Source: Mytilus trossulus (taxonomy: Eukaryota). Taken from it: a stretch of 64,000 nucleotides of DNA. Below the pieces are notes generated by a model that saw nothing but the letters and a program-made list of their open reading frames with translations, made no database searches and was not told the origin of the DNA. Location of the stretch: the NCBI RefSeq assembly GCF_036588685.1, contig NC_086375.1, positions 79,050,001 to 79,114,000 on the forward strand, given 5' to 3'. The position numbers and the translations under genes were made by a program. Of this stretch, positions 51,878 to 64,000 are shown piece after piece; position 1 is the stretch's first letter, and the number at the start of each line of letters is the position of its first letter.

Positions 51878-52443
51878 AAGTTGGCACATAAACAAATAAA
51901 AAAAAAGTATACGTCAGACAAAATCGCCCACACTTAATTGCTTCACTTTTTCACCAACTCGCCCACTCTTGTTTACCAACTCCCCCAACTCGTGACAAAG
52001 AGTAAATTCCCATTTTTTCCATAATTTCTTCATCTATGTATGTATGTTCCGTATCTCCCTCCTTTAGTAGGAGCACCACCATGGGTTATGGTGTAAAAAG
52101 TAAGACATTTAACACACTGTATCGGTACATATTTAATGTGAGCATTTGCATATCCAGTCTCCCAGCCTGGCAGTGACGGGTCTTACTACCTGAAAGTTAA
52201 CCTTCCCCAAAACAATAAGTACAATGTAATAAAGCATACGAACACACCCACTCACCTGACTCGCTCATTCTTAAAAATATAGAAAATGCATAATATAAAA
52301 AAACATTATATAAAAAATAAAGGATAAGGTCACCCCTGATGCCGCACAAATGCCTAGACAATGAAGGGAAACTGGAGAGGACATACTTGGATTCCAAACC
52401 GATACCGCTAATTATATAATAAAAACTACACAATCCCTTCCTC

Positions 52444-53651
52444 CATACCTGCCAACTTTCACGATTTAGGCGTGTACTACACGATTTTGACCCTTTGTCA
52501 CGATTGCACGATCGTGTTCCTGATAAACCCTCTAAAACACGATTTGGTGAAAATCTACACGAAAAATATTGTTGTTCCCGATTTTGAACTGTGTCCAATG
52601 GAGGAAAATCGTGTTCAGCCAATCAAATTGTGTGTTTCTCATGATCAAATTAATCAGCCAATCAAAAACGTTTTCTCTCAAGATTATTTTAACATGCTAG
52701 ATATTGAACTTGTGTTGTATTCCTCTGTAAAAATGTGAACATGGCAAATGATTTTTCAACTGCAAAGAGGTTCTTACACAGAATAAGAATAAAAGCATGG
52801 CTGAGTGACAAACTTCAATGATGCAGTACTACCATGAATATAATAAATAGTAGTTTATTCACTAATTTATTGACATTACATGTACACTTGCTGTAACATA
52901 ATTTTGTTTATGTATTCAATCATTTAAAGTATAATGTACTATTCATTATTTTTCACATGGACCCCCCACCCCCACCCACCCACATCAACATGAGGAATCC
53001 CTTAAATGAGGGACTACCCTTAGTCAAGGGGTCATTCTTGTAAAAAAAAAATAGAAAAATTTATTTATTAACTTAAAATGGGAAATTCTGACATTATATT
53101 TGGAACAGCTTTTCTTAATGACAATGAATGAAGGGTCCAATTATTTTGAATAATAAAGAAGAAAGAACATATCAAAATTCTTGGACATGTGTTAACCATA
53201 TAATACCAGATAGATCATAATCTAGTATAGTTCTTTGGGAAAAGTTTCTTCAAATAATATGAATTTGTGCTCATTTGTACTTAAAAAGTGGTTTTTAATG
53301 TCCTAAAATTGAGGGGGGATCCCTATGTGTTGTTCCAAACCTGATAAAGGTCCTTCTGTGTGTATAATTTTAAATTGGAAAAAATCAACAACTATTTAGT
53401 ATCCTTACACATGAAAATAATTCCTGGTCTTACAGCTACATGTTCATATTTTCTGCTGATACATTGTATAACAACTAGAATCATGCAAATAAACTTAAGA
53501 AAAAGGGATGTAAGCTCATCTTACAAATATGACACTTTTTCTAGACTACAAAACAGCACGTGCACAATAGTCATCGCAAAGAATTGTAACCTTTGAAATT
53601 GTCGTCGCGCGCTAAAACCCCCATAGGCATTTTCAAAAGTTGGCAGGTATG
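52444..53651. mobile_element. Non-autonomous DNA transposon, 1208 bp, 16-bp TIR, 6-bp TSD
   Basis: CATACCTGCCAACTTT / AAAGTTGGCAGGTATG; TTCCTC duplicated at 52438-52443 and 53652-53657. Confidence 0.85.
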
Positions 53652-53889
53652 TTCCTCACAGATGTTTAATTTCTTCATCTATCAATATAATAATAAAAAC
53701 TACACAATCCCTTCCTCATAAATGTTTAAATTCTTATCTATCAATAATATGAGGCAGGAATTACCTGTGAATGGGGACGAAGTCTATGAATTTTTTTTTA
53801 AATCAACAATGTTAAAAAGAGAAACAGAAATACTGTAACATTTCCGATTTTGGTCCTGTTGTTAGGGATTTTAGTTGTGACATTATTTA

Positions 53890-54075
53890 AGTTATGACGT
53901 CATATTCAATGTAAACAAAGAAGCGCTGTCATCACGTAACGTTTTTTTAATAACAAACATTGTTATTAAAATGAATTAGTATTAGTTCCTTTTTTAGACT
54001 GATAAATATACATTTTATTCAAAGTCTCATGTAAACAAGACCGGAAACGGAAGTGGATTTATGAGCCAATCGGGA
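53890..54075 (+). promoter_or_regulatory. Candidate promoter of the downstream orphan gene
   Basis: Clustered CRE (TGACGTCA, about 53895), tandem ETS sites (CCGGAAACGGAAGT, about 54041-54054) and CCAAT (about 54066). The first coding exon at 56190 begins with an acceptor, so an upstream exon is required. Confidence 0.3.
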
Positions 54076-56223
54076 AATTCAAAAACATGACCAAAAAAAA
54101 TTGAACGATTTTGAGTTCATTAGCACAATGTAAAATTTCGGGAATATCAAAAAATGTTAGTTGTTAGAATAAAGTATAAAGAACTTCTGAAGGATTTGCC
54201 TTCAACATGTTCAACTGCAATTATATTGTATGCTGGCGAAACAAAATTATCCAGAGCGGCTGCATGTTTATGCACCTGTCCTGATTGATTCAGGGGCCTG
54301 TCCTTCAGCATTTATTGTTTGTTAATATTGTTCATTGGTATTTTCCTGTTTGGATATACAAATTATATTGTTGGTTTTCCTGTTCAAATTGTGTACGCTT
54401 ATAATTTTGGGGTATTTCATAGCTTGCTTGTTATTATCAGGTTGGGAACAACCCTCCCTCAGACAAGGGGTCATTTTACTAATGTAAAAAAGAAAATAGA
54501 AATATCAAGGATTTGTATAGTTCTTCTATATAAAACGTTTGAAAACTTGGAAATTTGTATGCAAAAAGAAGAGAGTTACATCATATTTTAATCAACTTTT
54601 TCTAAAAGAGGGGTCCACTTATTTTGAATAATATTAAACTGTTAAAATAAATGTGTTAACATGGTTAAAGTCCAGGAATATTACAAAATTCTTGGACATG
54701 TTTTGACCATTTAATACCAGATAGATATATAGTTCTTTGAGAACATATGAGCCCTTTTGTACAAACAAATATATTATAACTTATATTGATCCCATAAAAA
54801 AGGGACATTTATAACATTAAGGGGTTGCCCCCAAACTGATTATGACTTGGATGGAGAATTGTTTCATTGTCAGTCACATGTATGTACATACATGTAGACC
54901 AGATTTCTTGGTGAACAGATAAAAAATACTTCAGAAATTAAAGAAATGTCAAAGAACAAGTGATAAATCAAGTTTTGATATTTTTAAAACCTACTATGTT
55001 ATGTTTACAAAAAAAAAGTTATAAACGCTCGCCTTTACTTTTCAAGTTTTGCCTCAAAAATTGGCAAATTAAATATTTTTTTATTAAACTTTTCAATCGC
55101 TCGCTCGCCCAAAATTTTGGAGTCCAAAAATTAGTAGAACAAGAAATTAAATTGGTGTGGCCTTACTATGAGTCTAAAGCAGATTGAGACTTATTTATGT
55201 CTGAGTTCTGACTGATAATAAATAGAGACATACATGTAAAATGTATTATATGTCTCTGTAATAAATAATGAATACAATCATATTTTTAGAAAGTGAACCA
55301 TCTGACTTAACAATAATGTTAATTTTATAAAAAAATAAAATTGTGTAGATTATTTTTTTTAAGTGGGGTGAGATTGCAGACCTGAAATAAATATATTCAT
55401 ATGGATTTTACCTCTTTTCATTATGTGGGGGCAAGTTGGCAGGAGTAAAATTAACAGAATTTAACCCTTTTCACAGTTGGGGCGATTTTTTAGAAAGTTG
55501 GGCTAGTTGGTAAACTGTTTGGGGCAAATTTTTTTTTAAAAGTAGGGTGATTTGCCCTGCTTCCATACGACAGAAGCAATTTGTATTTTAAATAATAAGC
55601 AATAACATATGCCATGTATGCAGTGAAATCTATTCTAATGATATGTTATAATAAGAAAAAAAGAACAGTGGAAGCGGTCCCATTGAATCCCCAGCCACCT
55701 GTGTCAAAACAGCAGGTGGTTTCATGCATAACACAATAAATACAACCTATTGCTATTTGAAAATCTGTCTCACTTGAATTTTGAAGTCAAACAACAATCA
55801 CTTTTCCATTGTGGCATTTATTCTAATCCTGTACTAAAAATTAGCTATTTTCTTAAGGCATGCGCGAAATCACCAGAAATTTGAAGAAAGGTCAAACAAG
55901 GGTTATTATTATTATTATATGGACATATTCATGTATTCCTTAAAATCTTCAGGGTGAAAAAAAATCATACTTATTAAAAGACTATTTTTCGTGTTTTATG
56001 AAATTACATATAATGTATATCAGGAATTTCTTCACACAAAATGCTAATTTTCACACTATTTACATTCTGGCTTTCTCCACCAATAAAAACTGGCTGCCAA
56101 GAATGCTAATTTTACACCAACAATCAATCAATCACCATCTTACATACAATATATACATGATGTATATGAACTTGTTTCTTTTTTTTCAGATGGTAGCATA
56201 AACATTGAACTCACACTGTGACA

Positions 56224-59200
56224 ATGGACAACAACCATACATGTATGACAGACTATGTGATACCAGTGTATAATTATCTTGATAGATGTATTGATGAGTT
56301 ATACCAAAATGCTTCTTCCAACAGTCAACCAGTCTTAAAATTCAGAAGAAAGTTTAAAACCACACACATTAAAAGTAGCAATTGCAGTAACTCTGTGAAA
56401 GGTCATGATCAAAACACAAATAAAGTTTCTGAAGTCAATGGGAAAAAATATTTTTCAACTGAAAATAGAAATTTAGAAGATGCAGAAAATGGTAGTCTCT
56501 TGTCACACAATGTTTTGATGGAAAAGAAACATTTTTCAAATGAAAACTTAAACATGTTAAATAATGAAAAGTACGCAGAAAGAGGTAAACTGTTGCCACA
56601 GGCTGTGATGACTTACAGCAAAAAGTTTGACCAATGCAAAGATTTCCACAAACAAAATATTCAAAATAACGTAGACAATTCTTACTTACAGCAGTTTGCT
56701 TTAAAAAGCGAGGGCAGAAAAGGTACTGTTAAAACTCAAAAGCTGAAAGGTGACCCTTCATATTTGGAAATAAGCTCTAAGCCCAGGATTGAGCACAAAA
56801 AACATTTTGTTAGATATGAAAAGGAAAGATTCTGTGCTGCAGCTACAGAGAACATTATACATGTAGATAGTGAGAATCAACAGAAATCTCAAGCAATGGA
56901 TAGTGAGAATCAACTGAAGTCATATTTTGCACCACATAATTTAAATCAGATTGCCAACAGCAAGAACATGCAGCAAAAAGGTAAAATATATTACATACAG
57001 ATCTATGCATTTTTTTGCGGTTTTTTAAAGGCGGTTATGGGGGTAATTTTTGCTAATCATTTTTAAAAAGCTCACCAAATTGATTTATTTACATGGTGTA
57101 AGTTTTACAGTATTTGTTATAACACTTTGATTGTACAAAAGAGTGGTCACTTATATGATATACAATGTACATTTTTTTTTTATTCATTTTAATTTATAAC
57201 TTATAAAAGAATATCAAGATGTGGTATGATTGCCAATAAGAAAACTATGTACAAAATGATGTACAGTACCCTAGAGGCCTAGACCAAACTGCTAAGGATG
57301 ATGATGTACATGTAAACAACAATAGGTCATTGCACAGCCTTAAATGTACAACAATAAACAATGAGTCATATAGTAAGGCATAAACAAGATAAAATTTCCT
57401 GGCATTGCTTAATTCTTAACAAATCAAAATAATTTAATTTTGGATGTTACACGTCTTCTGGTTGGCTGACAGAGTGTTGTCTATCAGCTCATAGACATAA
57501 TTTTGTCATGTGACCATGATGTAATCAACATTTTTTCATGATTTATTCTGGCTTAAAACCGAATTTAGAATTTAATTATAAAGAATGATTTACTTTTTTC
57601 TGTCTATTTGAAATCACTTAAAATTGTGGTGCATACTTTAAAATAACACGCAGCGTCGCTACACAGGTTATTCAGTGTGCGACAAATTTTTGATGTGATT
57701 TCTTCATAGACAGAAAAAATAACAGTCATTCCTTAAAGTGAAAACCAACAACCTCATTTATTTTTTATAAATAAACACGAGAAAAGATACATATTTTGTG
57801 TGACTTTTGTACAATTAACTTACTGATCTATAATGTTAATGTTTATATTAAAGTACAATTCTATACATTGTTATGGTACATTTATTTGAAATATTATTTT
57901 ATCCATTTTTTCTACCAGATCCACCTAGGCTGAAAGAAAATGATTTGATTAATTTGAGTTTTGACATGTTGTTGGAAAATTACAACAAACCCACAAAATT
58001 GCCAGAATTTAAGTTCAGATTGAAAAGTAAATCAAGAAGTTTGCCTATTTGTAAAGTTGACCAAGATTTTATAAATACTACAGAACAGACATGGTTAGAA
58101 TCAAGAAGTTTGACTATTTCTAAAGTTGAGGAGGATTTCAAAAATACAATTGGGCAAACACGGTTAGATACAAGAAGTTTGCCTTTTTGTAAGGTTGACC
58201 CAGCTTTTAATAATACCACAGAGCCAACACGATTAGAATCACATAGTTTGCCTATCTTGATTGCTGTTGATGCTGAAGAACATACTACAGATTTAACACC
58301 ATTAAAGTCTAAATGTTTGCCTTTGTGGAAGGTTAGCCATGCTGTTGGAAGTACCACAGATCCAAAATTGTATAAATCAAGAAGTTTGCCTTTCTGCAAG
58401 GTTGACCAGACTGTTGAAAGAACTACACAACAAAACCCCCCAAAAAATTGTAAGTGTCTGAGATTGATGATTGATCATCAATTTTGAGTCAATTTTATAT
58501 TCTCTGCACATTAATGTTCAAAAGTCTAGGGTAAAGTTGATTAGTGTGAAGTTTTCAAAAACTACATTGTATGACTTATTATGAAGTTTATACAATCATT
58601 GTCAGGTGAAATTGTCAATCTGAATACATATTTTATATACATGCATACATACTGTGATTTGCAGTATGATATTTTGTTTACAGTTGTTTTGAAATTGACA
58701 TTAATTTCAATTAAACATGTTAAATGTTTTAAGTCATTTTGATAAAGGACTATTTATATTTTATGTGAAATAGATTAATCATTGTTTCAGATGAGATCAT
58801 CAATGTTCTAGGTCCATGTGAGAAAGAGGATAGTGACACAGGAAGTGATAAATCTGGGATTACATCTGCTAGACAAAGTAACTAAATAATTACATCTACG
58901 AGACAAAGTAACTCAATAATTACATCTGCTAGACAAAGTTACTCAATAATTACATCTGCTAGACAAAGAAACTGAATAATAACATCTGTTAGACAAAGTA
59001 ACTCATTAATTACAGTGCTAGACAAAGTAACTCAATAATTACATCTGCTAGACAAAGTAACTCAATAATTACATCTGCTAGACAAAGTTACTCAATAATT
59101 ACATCTGCTAGACAAGGTAACTCAAATATTACATATGCTAGACAAAGTAACCAAATAACTACAGCTGCAAGACAAAGTTACTCAATGATAACATCTGCTA

Positions 59201-62200
59201 GACAAAGTAACTCAAATATTACCTCTGCTAGACAAAGTAACTCAATAATAACATCTGCTAGACAAAGCAACTCACATATTACATCTGCTAGACAAAGTAA
59301 CTCAATAACTACATCTGCTAGACAAAGTAACTCAATAATAACATCTGCTAGACAAAGTAACTCAATAATAACATCTGCTAGACAAAGTAACTCAATAATA
59401 ACATTTGCTAGACAAAGTAACTCAAATATTACATCTGCTAGACAAAGTAACTCAAATATTACCTCTGCTAGACAAAGTAACTCAATAATAACATCTGCTA
59501 GACAAAGCAACTAAATAATTACATCTGCTAGACAAAGTAACTCAATAATAACATTTGCTAGACAAAGTAACTCAAATATTACATCTGCTAGACAAAGTAA
59601 CTCAAATATTACCTCTGCTAGACAAAGTAACTCAATAATAACATCTGCTAGACAAAGCAACTCAATAATAACATCTGCTAGACAAAGTAACTCAATAATA
59701 ACATCTGCTAGACAAAGTAACTCAATAATAACATCTGCTAGACAAAGTAACTCAATAATAACATTTGCTAGACAAAGTAATTCAAATCTTACATATGCTA
59801 GACAAAGTAACCAAATAATTACATCTGCAAGACAAAGTAACTCAGTAATTACATCTTCTTGACAAAGTAACTCAATAATTACATCTGCTAGACAACATAA
59901 CCAAATAATTACATCTGCAAGACAAAGTAACTCAATAATTACATCTGCTAGACAAAGTAACTCAATAATTACATCTGCTAGACAACATAACCAAATAATA
60001 ACATCTGCTAGACAAAGTAACTCAATAATAACATCTGCTAGACAAAGTAACTCAAATATTACATCTGCTAGACAAAGTAACTCAAATATTACATCTGCTA
60101 GACAAAGTAACTCAATAACTACATCTGCAAGACAAAGTAACTAAATAACTTTTATTTGTAACTAATTATTACTATCATTTGAAAATGTAAATGGTCCTCA
60201 TTTTCTTAAATACACCTGTGCAGTTTTTAAGTATGGAAGGATACAAAATAACAGCTTAATAAAATAAACAACTGAAAAAAAACAAAAAAACAGAAGAATG
60301 AAGTATGGGGGATTCAATGTTAATTGGATATTGTTGGTATAGGCTAGAAATTATACTTTCAACAAACTACCAATTTGCTAAAGGCTTTTGAAGATTTTTG
60401 AAAGACAATGAAAACAAATGTCCATGCAAATGCAACAATTCATCAAACCAGGAAAATTGATATCCTAGAAAATAAACAAATCCACACATATGTCAATGTC
60501 TAATCAGTGTTTACAACATGTACAAGGGGGGCGTAAACAGTCTCAACTTACCTTAAGGAAAACTGCTTTTAGATGAATAAAATGAAAAGTTATTTGTGCA
60601 TGCAGTTTATATGGTAAAGGAAAAGCTTTACTTTGAATTGTATCATTTCCATTTTCAGCCAGTGAGATAACGTTTATATATATAGCCTTAATTTACAATG
60701 CAACAAAAAAATTTCAGCAGCCAATTATACATGCATATCCAGGACAATACCATGTCAATTAAGTACGAAGTTATCCTGTTATGTACTAGAATGACATGTT
60801 TAGCAGGATTGTTTGCCAAATTGACAGCAAATATTTTATGATTTTGTGTTTAAAATGTGTTGAGATATAACTCACTGATTATCTGAGAAGAAAAATTGAA
60901 GGCATATCGATAATCAATTTTATAATATATCATGATTTCAGTAAAGATTAATCACATTAAATACATTTTTTTATTGTTTCAATATTTACTCTTTTTAGGA
61001 AATAAAGATGATAAATCACTAGATATTTCCAGAAGGAAGTTAGAGGGAAGAAATAGTTCAGAGCATAAGTAATTATTTTTTTTCTGTCATCCTTAATTAA
61101 ATAACAATAAGTCTGTGAAAATGTTTTGATGTCCAGTGACTAGTGAGCTGATGCTATTATGGTTTACACTTTAAATTTATTTTCTTTGGTTACATCTTCT
61201 GACATCAGACTTGGACTTCTCTTGAACTGAATTTTAATGTGCATATTGTTATGCGTTTACTTTTCTACATTGGCTAGAGGTATAGGGGAGGGTTGAGATC
61301 TCACAAACATGTTTAACCTCGCCTCATTTTCGCACCTGTCCCAAGTCAGGAGCCTCTGGCCTTTGTTAGTCTTGTATTATTTTAATTTTAGTTTCTTGTG
61401 TACAATTTGGAAATTAGTATGTCGTTCATTATCACTGTACTAGTGTATATTTGTTTAGGGGCCAGCTGAAGGACGCCTCTGGGTGCGGGAATTTCTTGCT
61501 ACATTGAAGACCTGTTGGTGACCTTCTGCTGTAGTTTATTGTTGTCTCTTTGACACATTCACCATTTCCATTCTCAATTTTACTTTAAACTTTAAAGTCT
61601 GGTATAATCTAAATTCCTATTACTTGGTGCTCTATTGAGATATTCAAAATGATTTGTTATGTAATCACATATATACATCAATATTGTTCTTTATTCTAGA
61701 AATCATAAAGACATGCATAGAAAATATAAAGTAAGTAGAAAAGAAGAGGATGCCTTAAACAGGAGACCTAGAGTCAGTGACGGATTAAAACAACATGCAA
61801 TGAAAACAGATCGTCTTCATGGTCATAGCTCAAGACACAAAAGTAGACATGATAGAGAGTATAGAGAAAGGCATTCACACAGAATCAAGAAACATAAGGA
61901 AAAGTCCAAACATAGAAAACAGGATGTTAAAACATCAGAAAAATCACTACTGAGTGATATTGTAACACCAAGAGTTGACAAAGGTGTCCAAGCATGTGAA
62001 AGTGATAGAAAAACAAGCAAAAATGTGGTTTCTTTACAAAATAAAATTGACTGTAATAAAATAGATAAACTATGTCTCACAAGACCATATTCAAAAGGTT
62101 CAAAAATAGACAAGGCCAGTCACAAAGGAAGTGGAAATCGCAATACAAGATATTCATATGATGAGAAGAGAAAGAAAAAGGGAAGTTTTGAAAAATCCTA

Positions 62201-62585
62201 TTTATGTACAAACCTTAAGGAGGCAAAATCATACAACAAGAATTCTCGTACAGATAAATATAGGAGGACTAGAGGAGCTACGAAAAATATACAGGAACAA
62301 CAAAAAAGGACGAAAGAATTGACAACAGTTTATCAGAACATGCAAGATAAAATCTTACAGAAACATTTAGAGGATGTCAGTACAACCAATAATGTGTATG
62401 ATTGCTTGCATGTTATGGATGAAAAAGTGGATTTAATTTCTAGTGAACATGATGTGTTACCAAAATCACAAGCCACAGAATGGTCCAATGGTGAAAAACA
62501 ATACAGTTTAACAAGCAATAACCAATCAAAACATGGCTTTCATTATGGAGGAATCTGGAAATCAATTACAAGAGAGAAAGTTTGA
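56224..62585 (+). CDS. Uncharacterised Lys/Ser/Asn-rich, largely disordered protein, about 776 aa, with internal repeats of about 24 aa and a basic C-terminus
   Basis: Exons 56224-56980, 57919-58449, 58791-58877, 60999-61068, 61700-62585 (2331 nt; intron phases 1,1,1,2 all consistent). No recognisable domain. Confidence 0.72.
58859..60150 (+). repeat. 30-bp minisatellite (about 43 units) spanning an exon end and splice donor
   Basis: Unit attacatctgctagacaaaGTAACTcaata; the first unit overlaps exon 58791-58877. Confidence 0.95.
61186..61581 (+). mobile_element. 3' region of the Penelope-like family (non-coding copy) in an intron
   Basis: Reverse complement of 34070-34470 at high similarity. 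Confidence 0.8.
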
Positions 62586-63194
62586 TTTATAATGGAATAT
62601 ATGTTCACATTGAAATGAATTATATTGACATGTATATAATGCTTATTTATACAATTTATAAATGTTTGAAACAGTCATGAATTCAGAAATTTTCATTAGA
62701 TGGGGCCAGCTGACTGCCTAAGAGGGGCCCGGCTTCAATCATGCTTCAGGGATTCCCTTTATAATAAAGCAATTCTTTCCAACATAAGAGGATCCCCCTC
62801 TGTAAAATACTTTTATGGTCATTCTAAATTCAACAAGACTTCGTTTGCAAATAACACATTGGTGCACTCCACTTTCATCTATCAATGTCTAATGCAATGT
62901 GTTAGCTTTTGTTATGATACTGTCAGACTGTTAATTATTTTACCTCATATAATAATTCTATAGATACAATGAGATAATGTAATTTATTCGTATATGTTAT
63001 TGTCTGATAAACATTAAACAATATTATTATCATTTCCAGAAATCTCTTATAAGGAAAGTAGAACTTGATAGGGAAAATACATGATAACTTTGAAACAATT
63101 CATTGAAGGCAAATCTCATGAATTGTTTATGAAAGAATTCCTGAATGTAATCTGCAGCTACAAATATATAACAGTTGATGTTTAAAGGAAAAAA

Positions 63195-64000
63195 TTTTTT
63201 TTTGTAATATATATTTTATTATTTTCATATCATTTTCAAATCTCATCTACAAATAAAGATGCACAAACAAATTATTCTGCTATAAATCCTAAACATATAG
63301 TTAACCATACTTGTTACAAATTATAAAATACAAAGTCAGTAATAGATTACAGAGTACATCTGCATTGAGCTCTATTTCTTAATAATATTATCAATGCTTG
63401 ACCATTTTTCTTTTAATCTTATTGCTTTACTGGTAGAGCACAAATTCGTAGAGACCATGTCAACCCTATAATAATATTTAATCCATTCAATTGCTTCAGC
63501 AACAGATGGGACTGTAAATCTAACTCTACATAAATAAACATATCTTTTCAATATCAGAATACATGTATTAAGAATATCTTTAAATAGATGATGTTTAACA
63601 CCCAAGATTATACTTGATAAGGTTGGGAGAAAGCTTACATTACATACATCTTCTAAATTTTGAAAAAAATTAAGCCAGAATGTTCGAACATAACTACATT
63701 CAAAAAAGAGGTGTATGTATGTTTCTTTAGTTTCGGTACAAAAAGTGCACAGTTCTGTTTCACTATATTTACATTTCATAAGTAAAGTATTTGTTCCTAG
63801 AATTCTATGGAGTAATCTGTATTGAAATGCCCTTAAAGTGGGATCTTCAGTTATAAGTAAAGGAAGACTAAAAAAATAATTCCATTCTTCGGCCACAATA
63901 TCTATTCTCAATTTCATTTTCCATTTCTCTTGTATGCGTGATGGGGTTTCCTTTATTTTATCTAGAAAAAATTTATAAAAATGTTTTGATACTTTATCAA
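63195..64000 (-). mobile_element. 3' end of an L1/Tx1-clade LINE ORF2 (zf-RVT) with 3' UTR and A-rich tail
   Basis: ORF ending at 63372: FQYRLLHRIL.TN...CTFC...ETYIHLFFEC...FW (CCHC zinc knuckle). AATAAA and an A-run lie on the minus strand near 63195-63225. Confidence 0.85.

Noticed and set aside
51915-55562. One large transposon bounded by ccaactcgccc / ggggcgattt subterminal repeats
   Set aside because: The motifs are inverted relative to each other, but I could not define matching termini or a TSD.
58859-60150. CRISPR-like array, or repeat-protein ORFs 59185-59514 / 59178-59510
   Set aside because: Head-to-tail units with no unique spacers, no cas genes, eukaryotic context. The ORFs are by-products of a 30-bp unit and are cut off from the exon by an in-frame stop.
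57980-62518. Antisense ORFs (57980-58399, 61823-62113, 62333-62518)
   Set aside because: They are shadows of the plus-strand coding exons, with no independent support.

Overview
AT-rich eukaryotic genomic DNA with spliced genes. The repeat complement suggests a bivalve mollusc, probably a Mytilus mussel (inference). No prokaryotic operon, CRISPR array or rRNA is present. Five multi-exon genes can be reconstructed with phase-consistent GT-AG junctions: (1) the 5' half of an SLC5 sodium/solute symporter (minus strand, running off the left edge); (2) a plant-TRZ1-like (TM-type) short tRNase Z (minus); (3) a KY/hillarin-type transglutaminase-like peptidase (minus); (4) a secreted, probably GPI-anchored IgGFc-binding-domain/MopE-motif/4xTSP1/LDLa mosaic protein (plus); (5) an orphan Lys/Ser/Asn-rich protein of about 776 aa (plus). 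Introns and intergenic DNA hold Penelope-like RT fragments, hammerhead-ribozyme retrozymes (one with an intact core), Helentron-type HINEs, a Helitron, several MITE families and an L1/Tx1 3' end. The most unusual signal is a pair of copies of a 442-bp tRNA-Leu-headed, highly structured element. The two copies are circularly permuted relative to each other, and each carries 36-38 nt of terminal redundancy at a (TA)n site, which suggests a circular RNA template. Two minisatellites also amplify an exon end together with its 5' splice site (5 and about 43 donor copies).
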